Below are positions 11,371-21,744 of a stretch of DNA of 64,000 bases, in pieces. The translations under genes and the position numbers were made by a program. The notes under the pieces are model-generated. The model worked only from the letters and a program-made list of their open reading frames with translations, had not been told where the DNA came from and ran no database searches. Every line of letters begins with the position of its first letter. Position 1 is the first letter of the stretch. The stretch comes from Lepidodermella squamata (Eukaryota; Animalia; Gastrotricha): positions 1,860,001 through 1,924,000 of the forward strand of contig JBLDXI010000033.1 of assembly GCA_047495785.1 (NCBI GenBank). Reading direction: 5' to 3'.

Positions 11371-11889
11371 ATGACCGACCGTTTGATAGTTGTCGTTGAA
11401 ATCAAAGAAGGATACCCGTCACCCCTTGCGGTGTTTGGTTACCAAGTAAAATCGCCTAATGGAACTCAATCTTATGAAATTGGAGACCTGGTCGAGGTCG
11501 ATCTTTTAAATGGCACGACGAGTCGTGCCCGCGTGAAGGAAATTTTCAAGCAGGATCTGACCTCATTTTGCATGAAGCGGTTTGTGAAGGTCGAAAACGG
11601 TGAAGGGGTGCCGTACGATCGAAGTCTCGGCCTCGAAATCGGCTCGTCAGAAACACGCGTCAGGTCTTCGCTACTGAGTTGCGCAGGCCGGCTGAATCTC
11701 GGTTCTTCCGATTCGAAATCTACATTGGCTCAATGTGTTGAGTCGATGCGGCAGCGTCAGACTGCGCCAGCGAGAAATAGCGGCCAATCATCATCATCAT
11801 CATCGGCAATATCGATAACTCAGCCGCCGCCGCCTCCGTTAAACGAATCAGTTCGTTCGCTGTTGCGAGAGCCAAACAACAGGCGATAA
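11371..11889 (+). CDS. Hypothetical protein (~172 aa), beta-rich N-terminus and S/P-rich tail
   Basis: AAAAATG start after a TATAG acceptor, coding-like composition, AATAAA at ~11943; fills the gap between NCBP2 and HLCS; no family recognised. Confidence 0.7.
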   Translation: MTDRLIVVVEIKEGYPSPLAVFGYQVKSPNGTQSYEIGDLVEVDLLNGTTSRARVKEIFKQDLTSFCMKRFVKVENGEGVPYDRSLGLEIGSSETRVRSSLLSCAGRLNLGSSDSKSTLAQCVESMRQRQTAPARNSGQSSSSSSAISITQPPPPPLNESVRSLLREPNNRR

Positions 11890-12028
11890 TATAATCAATC
11901 ACGCATCTTTTTTGCTCACCTTCCATTTTTTCTACTCAAGGAAATAAATCTGTTTATAGTAATTGGAAACACAAGCAGATTTTTCATATTTTTTCTCACA
12001 TCGTTTTTTATTAGACTGTTATCAGTTA

Positions 12029-14121
12029 ATGTCTTTGATGGCCTGTGTTATCATTTCCAGGCTTACCAACTATGCCGCGAAGGGACTGGTGTCTTCTTTC
12101 TACGTCGGCTCAACTCGTCATTTCGCAACCTCGAATGCTTCGCCGCCGAACGTTGTGATTTACGCGTCTGATAACGAGGCGAAACAATTTAAAATCAGCG
12201 CGTTACTGCAACGAGTTTTCTCCCCAGATTCGCTGGCGATTTACCCGCTGAATCGCGAGTCTTTACTCAAACAAGACGCAGCGTGGTTGCAGAATGTCCG
12301 CGGCCTCGTTCTTGACGACTGCGAACGACTCAGCCGAGAGGAAGCTGCCCGTATTCTCGCGTTTTTCAAACAAGGTGGCCGAATTTTGGACCTCGGCTCT
12401 AATCTGTGCAAACACCTCGGAATTGGCCGAGGCGATGCTGTTTTGGAAAAAGAAGCCGAACGTCCGGTGACTAAACTGAACAACGAAATTGTCGTTCGAG
12501 CGAAAGGCTTCTTCTCTCCGCAAATTTTGAAGCTGAAACCAGAGGAAATGGTGCTTAGACCTGTCCTGAAAGATTCGCAGAACAAAATTTTAGCCGTCGA
12601 AGTTGCGCATAATCCGTCGAAAGGCAGGGCTGTGCTGAGCAGAATTCAGTTCCACCTTAATGCAGAGGATCTTCAACTTCAAGATCGCGAACAATTCGAG
12701 GCTCAAACTTCAAACCGAGACGGGGTTATTTTAGACCTGTTCAAACGACTTGAATTCGTCCCGAAAAATTATTCGAAAACCGCAACTCAGGCGAAACCGG
12801 TGAAAAGTAACGTCGAAATCGGTCCTGATTCGATTGTTGTGTTTGGCAAACAAGCCTCTCGAGTTGTTGGCGCGTTGCAATCTGTCGATAAATATAAAGG
12901 AATTTCAGCCGGTGATGATAAATCGACTGGTTTTGATCAGAAGTCGTACTTTTCGGCATTGAAGACTCGTTTAGTTGGCAATACTGTGATTTACCAGCAG
13001 ACATGTTCAACTACGATGGATCTGGTTAAGGCGGCTCGTAATCACGTTGAGGCGAAAGAAATTAATTTGATTGGTATAACTGATCGGCAAACTAGCGGTC
13101 TAGGCCGGGGTGGGAATAAATGGCTGAGCCCTCCCGGTTGCGCTATGTTCACGTATAATTTCACGGTTGATCCAAATTCAGGTCTAGGCCGTCGGTTACC
13201 CCTAGTCCAATCAATCGCAGCTCTCAGTTGCGTTCAAGCGATCAAGGATCATATCAAGAAAAATTCGAAGACTGCCGAAATTGATGTTCGTATTAAATGG
13301 CCGAACGATATTTACGTTGACGGTAAGACCAAGATTGGCGGAATTCTTGTCAATAGCACGATTCTTGGCTCATTGATGCATTGCTCGATCGGTATCGGTT
13401 TGAATTTGTCGAATGACGAGCCGACGGTTTGCTTGAATCGCATTTTCGCGGCTAATGGCGTTCCGGCGATGTCTCGCGAGCAGCTTATCGCGTCGATTTT
13501 GAACAATTTCGAAGTTAACGCTGATGCTGTGAATGCGTTTAGGCTCAATGAGGTGATTGAGAATTACTGCAGCAATTGGTTACATACCGATCAACGTGTT
13601 GTTGTGCGAGATGAATGTCAAACTGATTACTGCACCGTACCTCTTAGGAGAGTGCCTCAGCCTATCAATGTTAAAGGTGAGCTTTCAGTCGGATTTATTG
13701 CGAAAAAATGGAAATTAAGGAGGACTTTTTAATTTTATTTAAATCTATGCATTAATATTTGAATAATTAATTTCCAACCATTTTTGCGTGATCGAGAATT
13801 CAAGTTTCCATCCTAATTCCGAGTTTTTCAAATTTCAACTGATTTAATTTTGATGAAATTTCAGCTGAACCGCCGAGTTCTCTGCGGTCTGGCTACGTCC
13901 GTCGAATCGACGAATTCGGTTATTTGGTCGTTGAATTTCAAGACCGCAGCCTTGCCTCGTTGCACCCAGATGGCAACTCATTCGATGCTATGAACGGTCT
14001 CATCTTGCCAAAGCTTACTCAACCACCGACCGAGTCAACCGCTGACCAGGTGCCAAAACTCGGCGATAATGACTACCCGAGGACGAACAACGTTCGAGGC
14101 ATGGTCTACCAAGTTCGCTAA
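12029..14121 (+). CDS. HLCS: Holocarboxylase synthetase / biotin-protein ligase, exons 12029-13676, 13866-14121
   Basis: QTSGLGRGGNKWLSPPGCAMF, KWPNDIY, KIGGILV, IDEFGYLVV, LHPDGNSFD; mitochondrial-presequence-like N-terminus. Confidence 0.96.
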
Positions 14122-14245
14122 AATAACTCGATAAATTCGACCTCAGAAAATATGATAATAAAAGTGCTAGTATAATAGCGTAATAAATTTTATACAAATT
14201 TCCTCAATTTTGCTTCAAAATCCTGTAGAATTTAGTAGAGCAAAA

Positions 14246-17199
14246 ATGTCCGGCAGATATGGGTTGCGGTCTAGTAATATTGGCGCAGCGTCGACTCCTG
14301 GTGTGTTCAAATCACCGAGTAAAATTTTGGCTGATCAACTCTCGTCATTCTCACTCGGTGGCAGCGAGGAGCCAGCAGCCGCTGAAGATGCGACTGATAA
14401 GAAGTTGCGATCTGCGTTCAGAAATGGCCGCAAAAGCATAATGAAGGAAAATAATCTGTCGGCTCCATTTGGCGGAACTCCAACGGTTACTGCGACTAAT
14501 TTCAATAAAACACCGTCTCCACCGAAGGAGGATGTAGCCCCAAAAGCGCCCTCTTCAGCTAGCACTAGAGGCGCAGCTCGATCGGCCAAACCAGCTGCAG
14601 TCAAAACCCTAGCGGCTCTTCATACTAGGCCGGACCCGGTACCTGTCAAGGCTCGAAAATCCGTTTCTCCCATCCCGGCTGAAAAGCCGGTTGTGAAGGA
14701 AATTCCGGTTAAGGAGGCTAAAGTTGAAGACATCGACCCGCGTTATCGCGACGCTATGTTACCTTCTTTCACGTCATTCGGCCGGAAGAAAACAGCTGCT
14801 CCTTCTGCGAAGCGGCGTGGTAGGAAACAAACTCTCGATGCTGTCGCTAGGGAGGGCGAAGAACCGATTGAAAATGAAGAAGATGCGAAAGCGAAACCCG
14901 TTAAGCTGCCGCCCGTAGACTTGTCCTGGTTGAATATCGACGATTTGGCTGATCTCATCGTGCCTGAATTGGAAAATCGGCGTCTAGTTGCCGATCAACT
15001 GATGCGTCGCTATCGCAGCGAATTTGGCAAGTGGGTCGTCCAATTACTGGCTGGTTTCAACATTCTTTGCCATGGTTTGGGGTCGAAACGGGCGTTGCTA
15101 ACTGAATTTTGTGACACCAAGCTGGTTCCAGGCGGGTTCAATGTTATCGAGTTGGACGGCTGGCGGCCTGATTTCAACTTCTCGGATTTTATTAAGGAAT
15201 TATTTTTCGGATATTGCCGACAAACTGAAGAATTGAAGCTTTCAGATGCTGAAATGGTAAGTTTTTCTAGTCATTTTTTGGTGATTTTTCATGCTTTGAG
15301 TGTCTTTTAAGTAAAGTAGCCAGAGAAAGTAGAGAGAACAGTAGTCGCATACCTAAATAACAGGGGCGATTTCCATTTCATAGTCTCAATATGTCATGCT
15401 GGCATAAAACTTGTCAATCTGAATGAAAAAATCGGAAGAAATTCTGTGAAATCAGGTAAAATACGGATAAATACCGAAAGATTCCCATCGGTTTTTTTCC
15501 GCCGAAATGCAAATAACCGAAAAAATTAAGCTTAGTAGGAAATTCACGAAAAATAATTCCAAGAAGAACTAGCGTATGAGGTGATGAGCTCGTGGCTCAG
15601 ATATTCCGAAATCGTGGATATAGAAAACGTCACTGCAAATTAGACGCAGACGCGTGGTAGCAAGCATCGTTTGATAATTCTCGGTCTCTGACATTCATCA
15701 GATACTCAGTATATTTCGGCAGCCAACGCCGAGGTCGCCCGGAATGCGACTTTCGATCGGTTCTACGAAACGAGCTGACTACTTCGGAAGCAAATGAAGG
15801 ATGGACACTTCGCGCTGACCATTTATCAACCATTTAAATCGGAAGTCGTAAATCGAGAGCTATAACAAAGAGACTCTCATTGCTCAATGATTTGGGTTAA
15901 TCTAGTTTTTAGAGCCTAGAAACTAGGAACTAGGTAGGTAGAAAGGCCTGCGCTTCCCGTTCGGCGAAGCAGGACGCAGAATTTCTTCGAAACTGTTCGA
16001 TTTCGATCGATCGAGTGTTGATCAAAGAAAAGCGCAGTTTTTCCAATCGCCCGAGAGATCCGAGCACAATCTTTGCCCCAAACGGTGGCTTTAATGAGAA
16101 TCGAGCCGTCAGTAACAAAATGTCCCGCATTCTCGAGTGGAGAAAAACTTATTTATTGAGGATTTCTGATACGCCAAAATTCGAACCCACATAATGAGAT
16201 TCAGCAGGATTTCGTGGTTCCGATACTTTGACTGCAGCGTTGTAAATGATGGTTTCTAAGGCGAAAGAAACAGTTCGATTGCAGCCGCCCGTTCAAGACG
16301 CTCAGATAAAAACAACCACAAACAAATTAATTACCTCGAAGCCAAATTTTTCAAAAAAGTTGGAAAAAAATCAAGATGTATTTTCGCAACTTATGATAAC
16401 CTGTATTTATTTGTAGATCAGCCGCGTCGAGAGTTACCTGGACACAAACCCGGCTCACCTGGTCATTTTAGTGCACAGCATTGACGGGGTGGAGATTCGC
16501 GGTAATCGGAAATTCCACACCACCCTAGCAAATTTGGCGAAACTCGACCGAGTTCACATAATCGCAAGTGCCGATCACGTTAATTTCCCCCTTATGTGGG
16601 ACACGGCTACGGTGGAAAATTTCAATTGGATCTACGCTGAAACGCCGACTTTCGAACCTCCGGTCGCAGAATCTCGAGCTAACGAGTGCTCATTGCTCAG
16701 GTCGATTTTACGTGCTCATTCGACAACTGGAGCTCATGTTACACTGACCTCGGTTCGCCACGTCGTATTCAGTTTAACGCCAAATGCGATCAAAATGTTC
16801 ATCCTTCTGTGTTACTGTTTCGTCGAAAAACAAGCGCGAAGAACTGCGGCGAAAAAAGCGAAAAAGGGCCGTAAAAAGGGCGCTGATGCTATGGATGACG
16901 ATGCTGCGGTTGCTAATGACGACGAAAACATGCAAGCCTCAGATTTGCTACTGCCATTATCTGATTTGTACAAGCACTGCCGTGATCAGTTCATTGTTTC
17001 AAGTTACGAATTGATGTTGAAGCACTTGCGTGAGTTGTTCGACCACACGCTGGCTAAACAGGTGAAGCACCCGGATGATGGGGCTGATTGCCTGCAGATG
17101 AACATGAGCGGCGAGTTGGCCGGTTCCTTCCTCGAAGAATGCCGCGCCGGTGAATATGCTCAATTTTTGGACTCGCTTTCTACGGATATTGAACTCTGA
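14246..17199 (+). CDS. ORC2: Origin recognition complex subunit 2, exons 14246-15256, 16417-17199
   Basis: W..QLLAGFNILCHGLGSKR, HSIDG, IIASADHVNFPLMWD, SLTPNA, LRELFDH. Confidence 0.95.
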
Positions 17200-17380
17200 A
17201 ATCGTATCTCCTCTCTCTTCCTTTCATCGTTTGCATGCTTTCATTCAATTTTCTGAGTTTTAATCAACGTTCTGTCTTGACGCCGAATTACATAATTGCC
17301 AACTGATTTGATCAATTTTTTCTAAGGCCTTAGGTTATTAATATCCTTTATTGGATCACCCTGCGTTCGGTGACTTGAAA

Positions 17381-19039
17381 ATGGTGAGTCAAATGATTTT
17401 AAGGTGGATTTTTTTAGTTTTATTAATTTATTAATTGTTCTTTCAGCGTCCTATAAAATTGAACGGGCATCGTCGTGAAATTACGCGTGTGCGTTACAAC
17501 GCAGATGGTGATCTGCTGTTCTCGGCCTCGGCCGATCCGCCCATTTGCGTGTGGTACACGAATACGGGCGAGCGTCTTGGAACTTATGAAATCAGTGGTG
17601 CCGTTTTCGATCTTGACACGACATGTAAGCTCATTTCCAGTTATATTTTAGAATTTAGAATTTCAAGTTTAAGGCGGAATTGTTATTTTACACGGATTTT
17701 TTAGTTTAATATCTTGAATTGAACAAGTACAGTAGTTTAATCTGGTTGGTGTTGCTGTTGAGGTTGCTGCTGAGGCTCTGAATTAAAAAAGTTCAAGCTC
17801 TGAAGTTTAAGAAACAAAATCAATAATAGTTATGTATAGCCTCCGAAAAGCGCCGGGCGAAATTCTAGGGATTCTCGTGGTGACGAATGTCCCACGAGCG
17901 CATAAGGACGTTGAGTTTCGACGTGGGATCACAGTCCGTAAAATAGGCACTCAACGTATCCCAACGTGATTTAGAAGTCGTGCAGCCGGGGAGCAATTGG
18001 CAGAGCGAGTCGTCGATATGCGACATGATCCACAGAGACGAGTGAGCATTTTTACACTTCACGCCTGTTCTTGGACAGGATCAGGATCAGTTACATGTGC
18101 AGTACTGACGACGGCACTCAATATTTCTTTGTAAAAATAGAGGCTCGTTACGCGTTACGACAGTTGAATTTGCTATATTCCTGATTTTTTTCTTATATTT
18201 TTTATTTTTTATTTTAAGATGATACCAAAATGCTTTGCGCTGCCGGCTATCAGAACGTGACAGTTTTCGACTGCGAAACCGGTGCTCAGCTGGGAAAACT
18301 CTCGACGGGCAGTGCCATCAACAAAGCGTGCGGTTTCTCCATGTCCGGCAAAATGGTCATGGCGTGCCGGAAGCCGCAGCGCAGCGAAAAAAGCAAACTG
18401 TTCATTTTCGACATCCGCGACGGCTCGCAACTCGGCGAAAACCCGAACCCGTCCTTCTCAGTCGAACTGACCCAGGGCGACTCGGGCGACGAGTGCAGCG
18501 TCGCGTCCTGGGCCGGCCTCGACACGCAGGTCCTCGTCGGCATGGGCAACGGCGACCTGCAAATGTGGGACATCCGAACGGCCCAGTCGCGCCCAGAACC
18601 CGTTATCAGCGTGAAACGCGCGCACGACGCGTCGATTTCCGACCTGCAGCTGTCCCGCGACCAGACGATGGTGGTCACGTGCGCGCCCGACGGCACGGCG
18701 AAGATGTGGGGCGCGTTCCAGCTCGACCCGTTCCGGTCGTTCAAGGCCGACCGTCCGCTCAACTCGATCGCGATTTCGCCGACGAAGCCGCACATTTTGA
18801 CGGGCGGCGGTCAGCTGGCGCGTGATGTCGCCTTAACGGGTGGCATGGGCCAGTTCGAGGCGCTGTTCTACCACCTGATTTTCGAGGACATGTTCGCTAA
18901 GGTGAAGGACCATTTCGGTCCGATCCGGTCGCTGGCGTTCCAGCCGGACGGCACCGGCTACGCCTCCGGGGCCCACGACGGTATGATCTTCCTGCACAAA
19001 TTCGACGCAAGCTACGACAAGTACGAACTCGAGTATTAA
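17381..19039 (+). CDS. EIF3I: Translation initiation factor 3 subunit I (WD40), exons 17381-17383 (ATG only), 17447-17624, 18219-19039
   Basis: MRPIKLNGH..ITRVRYNADGDLLFS, GERLGTY, GGGQLARDV, VKDHFGPIRSLAFQPDG. Confidence 0.95.
17820..18110 (-). mobile_element. Probable Ty1/copia gag remnant in eIF3i intron 2, antisense to host
   Basis: Translation LWIMSHIDDSLCQLLPGCTTSKSRWDTLSAYF resembles the copia gag (UBN2-type) 'I..SIDD....CTTAK..WD.L' motif; flanked by stops. Confidence 0.5.
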
Positions 19040-19483
19040 ACATATAGAAAAGCGGTTGTCAATATTCAAAAATAAAATGATAAATGCCAAGAAAATTCCA
19101 GGGTGCGCAATAAAGCTCTATAATAAATTCAGCATGTGTCGGGCTGGTCTTCTTGTCTTATTTCGTGCCTCTCATATTCTGTTCTGCTCTGCTCTACTCT
19201 TCACTGAGACGCGTGGTGGTTGTAAGGTGAAAATGAAAAAAATGTTGTAATAAAATGACGTTTTATTCGACAGCGCTTCGCTCTATTTTTCGCGGAAAAA
19301 TGAAGTATTTAGGTTGGACTCCGAAAACGGCAATGCAGAGAAAACCCGCACTGATAACCGACTGAAATAAATTCTCAAAGTTGAGCTGGACCATTACATT
19401 CGCCACTCGATTTCGTTTTCCTCTCAAAAGGTTTTGGCATTGGTTTGGATTTTTCGAAATAAATTCTCCCGAAGACGCATAGC

Positions 19484-19525
19484 GTAAATTGGGGTGACTT
19501 TGCACAGTAGGGTGACATTGGCATA
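19484..19525 (+). repeat. Isolated terminal fragment related to the GGGGTGACTTTG MITE family
   Basis: CGTAAATTGGGGTGACTTTGCACAGTAGGGTGACATTGGCATA resembles the TIR at 20135; no matching other end found. Confidence 0.5.
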
Positions 19526-20134
19526 TCAAAAATCGAAGGTGGAAAGGTAAAGACCCCGTGTGTGGCAGAGAAAGGGTTTGCTTCATACGAGTTTGTGTTA
19601 GGACCTGCTTGGAGACCCAAAAATGTGTTTGCGTTTGGAGTTGAGAAAAAATTTACGCAAGTGACGCAAATGAGCTCTATGTAACTGATTGTTGTATGCA
19701 AATATCAACTCATTTCATTAACAGGAAATCAAGGTAAATAGATGTAAAAATTTGGAAAATTCATACAGGTAGCCAGATAGCCGGGCCACAGGTTTGCCAC
19801 TTGGCACTTTCCCCCATTTCATTCCCACAAACGCCGAGAATTCTTCGATCGTTTGGTGTCCGAAGTTAAAACGGTTCACTCTATTTGAGCCCATCCACAG
19901 CCGACCCCGAGGTTTGAAATCCCAAGTTTCTAACCTCGTTTTACTCAGAATTTCATGTTGTACTCGATGGTACCAATATTTTGCAGATATTCGAAAATTG
20001 ATTTCCCATTGTGAACATCCGAATTTCATAAAAGAAATATGGACTGCGCAAAGACTTAGCGAAGTGGAATACGACCGTACAGTTTGAAATTAACTTATCG
20101 CTTTATAAATGATTTGAAATTAACTTATAAGCTA

Positions 20135-20560
20135 CCGTCAACTGGGGTGACTTTGACGGTGGGGTCACTTTGCCATGCGAAAATGGGGTGACTTTGGCAT
20201 AGCAATTCTCGACGGTAGCCAGGCTGAGACCCCTTGAGTGGGATACCGTTGGATAGCCCGCATAGAAGGCACCTCAATTATGACGGAGTACACTCATTTT
20301 GATCTCATCTGCTTTACTGCGAAGTCATCGAAATTTGGCCAAAAACAAAATTGTTCATAAACTTCACCTGTCTTTAATCATCAGGTAAGGCAGCCGATTG
20401 ACGTCTAGTATAGACATCAATGCTTGCCTTTTCTAGGGCTATCCAACGGTACCCCACTCAAGGGGTCTCAGCATGGCTACCGTCGAGAATTGCTATGCCA
20501 AAGTCACCCCATTTTCGCATGGCAAAGTGACCCCACCGTCAAAGTCACCCCAGTTGACGG
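20135..20560. mobile_element. MITE with ~125-bp near-perfect TIRs, TA TSD (pogo/Tc1-mariner-like)
   Basis: CCGTCAACTGGGGTGACTTTGACGG...GGATAGCCC and its inverse; TA at 20133-34 and 20561-62. Confidence 0.95.
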
Positions 20561-21744
20561 TATATCACCACTTCTATGATGTCTATTTTGACGTATGAGT
20601 TTTCCAAATCAAATTACGCTTGCGAACACCGACTAAGACCTTCCAAGTGTAAACGTGATTGCAAGAATATATTTTTTTAACAGAAGAACAATTAATTATT
20701 GGAACAAACTACCTCTAAATGCTTCTCTAAATGTTTAAAAAAAAATATGTTAATGATGATTTTAATCTGGAAAAACACCTATTATCCTCAGTGAGGCGCC
20801 GAGCTGGCTAAATTGCATCCGCATGAATGACGTGCACTTGCGAAAACGAATAAATAAAAAAATAAGTAAACAGTACGGTCGAATTCCACTTCTGATAATT
20901 ATTTAAACCACTTCGGTGCTTTTCTGATCGTAACAGCTTTACGGCTAGATTAACAACCAAAACGCGTTCCAAATCGGTATTCGCTTGACATATTTGCTCA
21001 TATCGGGCATTCTTTAGAGTATTATGTCACTCAGTTGTTGAGGGCTGGTACATTCACGAAGCCACAGCCTATTGGAACAGACTGATTTTTAGCTCGAGAA
21101 TGGTGCTGAGTTTACGGCCAAACATGGCAAAGATTTCCAAAAGAGTTGGTCTTTGAAAATTTCCCAGCCTGCAAAATGCCTAAGCAACATTACGACCTGG
21201 TGGCAAAAATCAATAAATCGGCATCGAATTCTCGGTCGCTTCTACTAGATTAATCGAATGAAAAGAATATTTGTATTATATTTCTAAATGTTTTTGGTCA
21301 CGTTAGGGTTTTAAAAGCCATTTCATTTAACATGCACCTTGACCTTTAGTAAACCAAAAAACGATGCAATGTCTTTTATTTCTTCTCAAAAATACATACA
21401 TTTTATTCACGTCCAGAATACCACGGTCGGTATAGATTTCAGGAAATTGGATAAAAGCAAGCTCAATTTTAACAAAAAATCATTCGAAAAATTCGTTGCC
21501 TTTCATTTCATTTTGGCAGCAGGCATGAAAAACATCACGTCCAGCAGTCGATGCAATAATTATGATGAAGAATGAAGGCAAAGAAAGTCTTAGCAGAATG
21601 GAAGAGAAGGTGTATACGTCGTATATATATATAGAAACAGCAGAAGAAAAAAATCAGCAGAAAGCGTCAGGAAGAAACAACTTCAGCAAATATCATCAAC
21701 GGTCGAAATTCGGTGAAAAATATACGGAAACATTTCACAACCGA

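Noticed and set aside
15257-16416. Possible TE or hammerhead ribozyme in the ORC2 intron
   Set aside because: CTGATGA on the minus strand lacks the required stems and GAAA; no TIR pair or convincing protein motif found
17341-17349. ATATCCTTT, a perfect U12 AT-AC donor
   Set aside because: Only 40 nt before the ATG with no TCCTTAAC branch site; likely chance
17770-18150. RNase MRP-like RNA in the eIF3i intron (CGAAAAGCGCCGG ... AGTTAC ... ACGGCACTCA plus hairpins)
   Set aside because: The P4 helix lacks the conserved AGU/bulged U and has a C-A mismatch; no P8 GARAR loop; the opposite strand reads as copia gag. An Infernal search would settle it.
18235-18825. Long alternative-frame and antisense ORFs over eIF3i
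   Set aside because: Explained by high GC3 of the real frame
19263-20087. Several ~100-aa ORFs downstream of eIF3i
   Set aside because: No recognisable domain or consistent splice model; probably decayed repeat sequence
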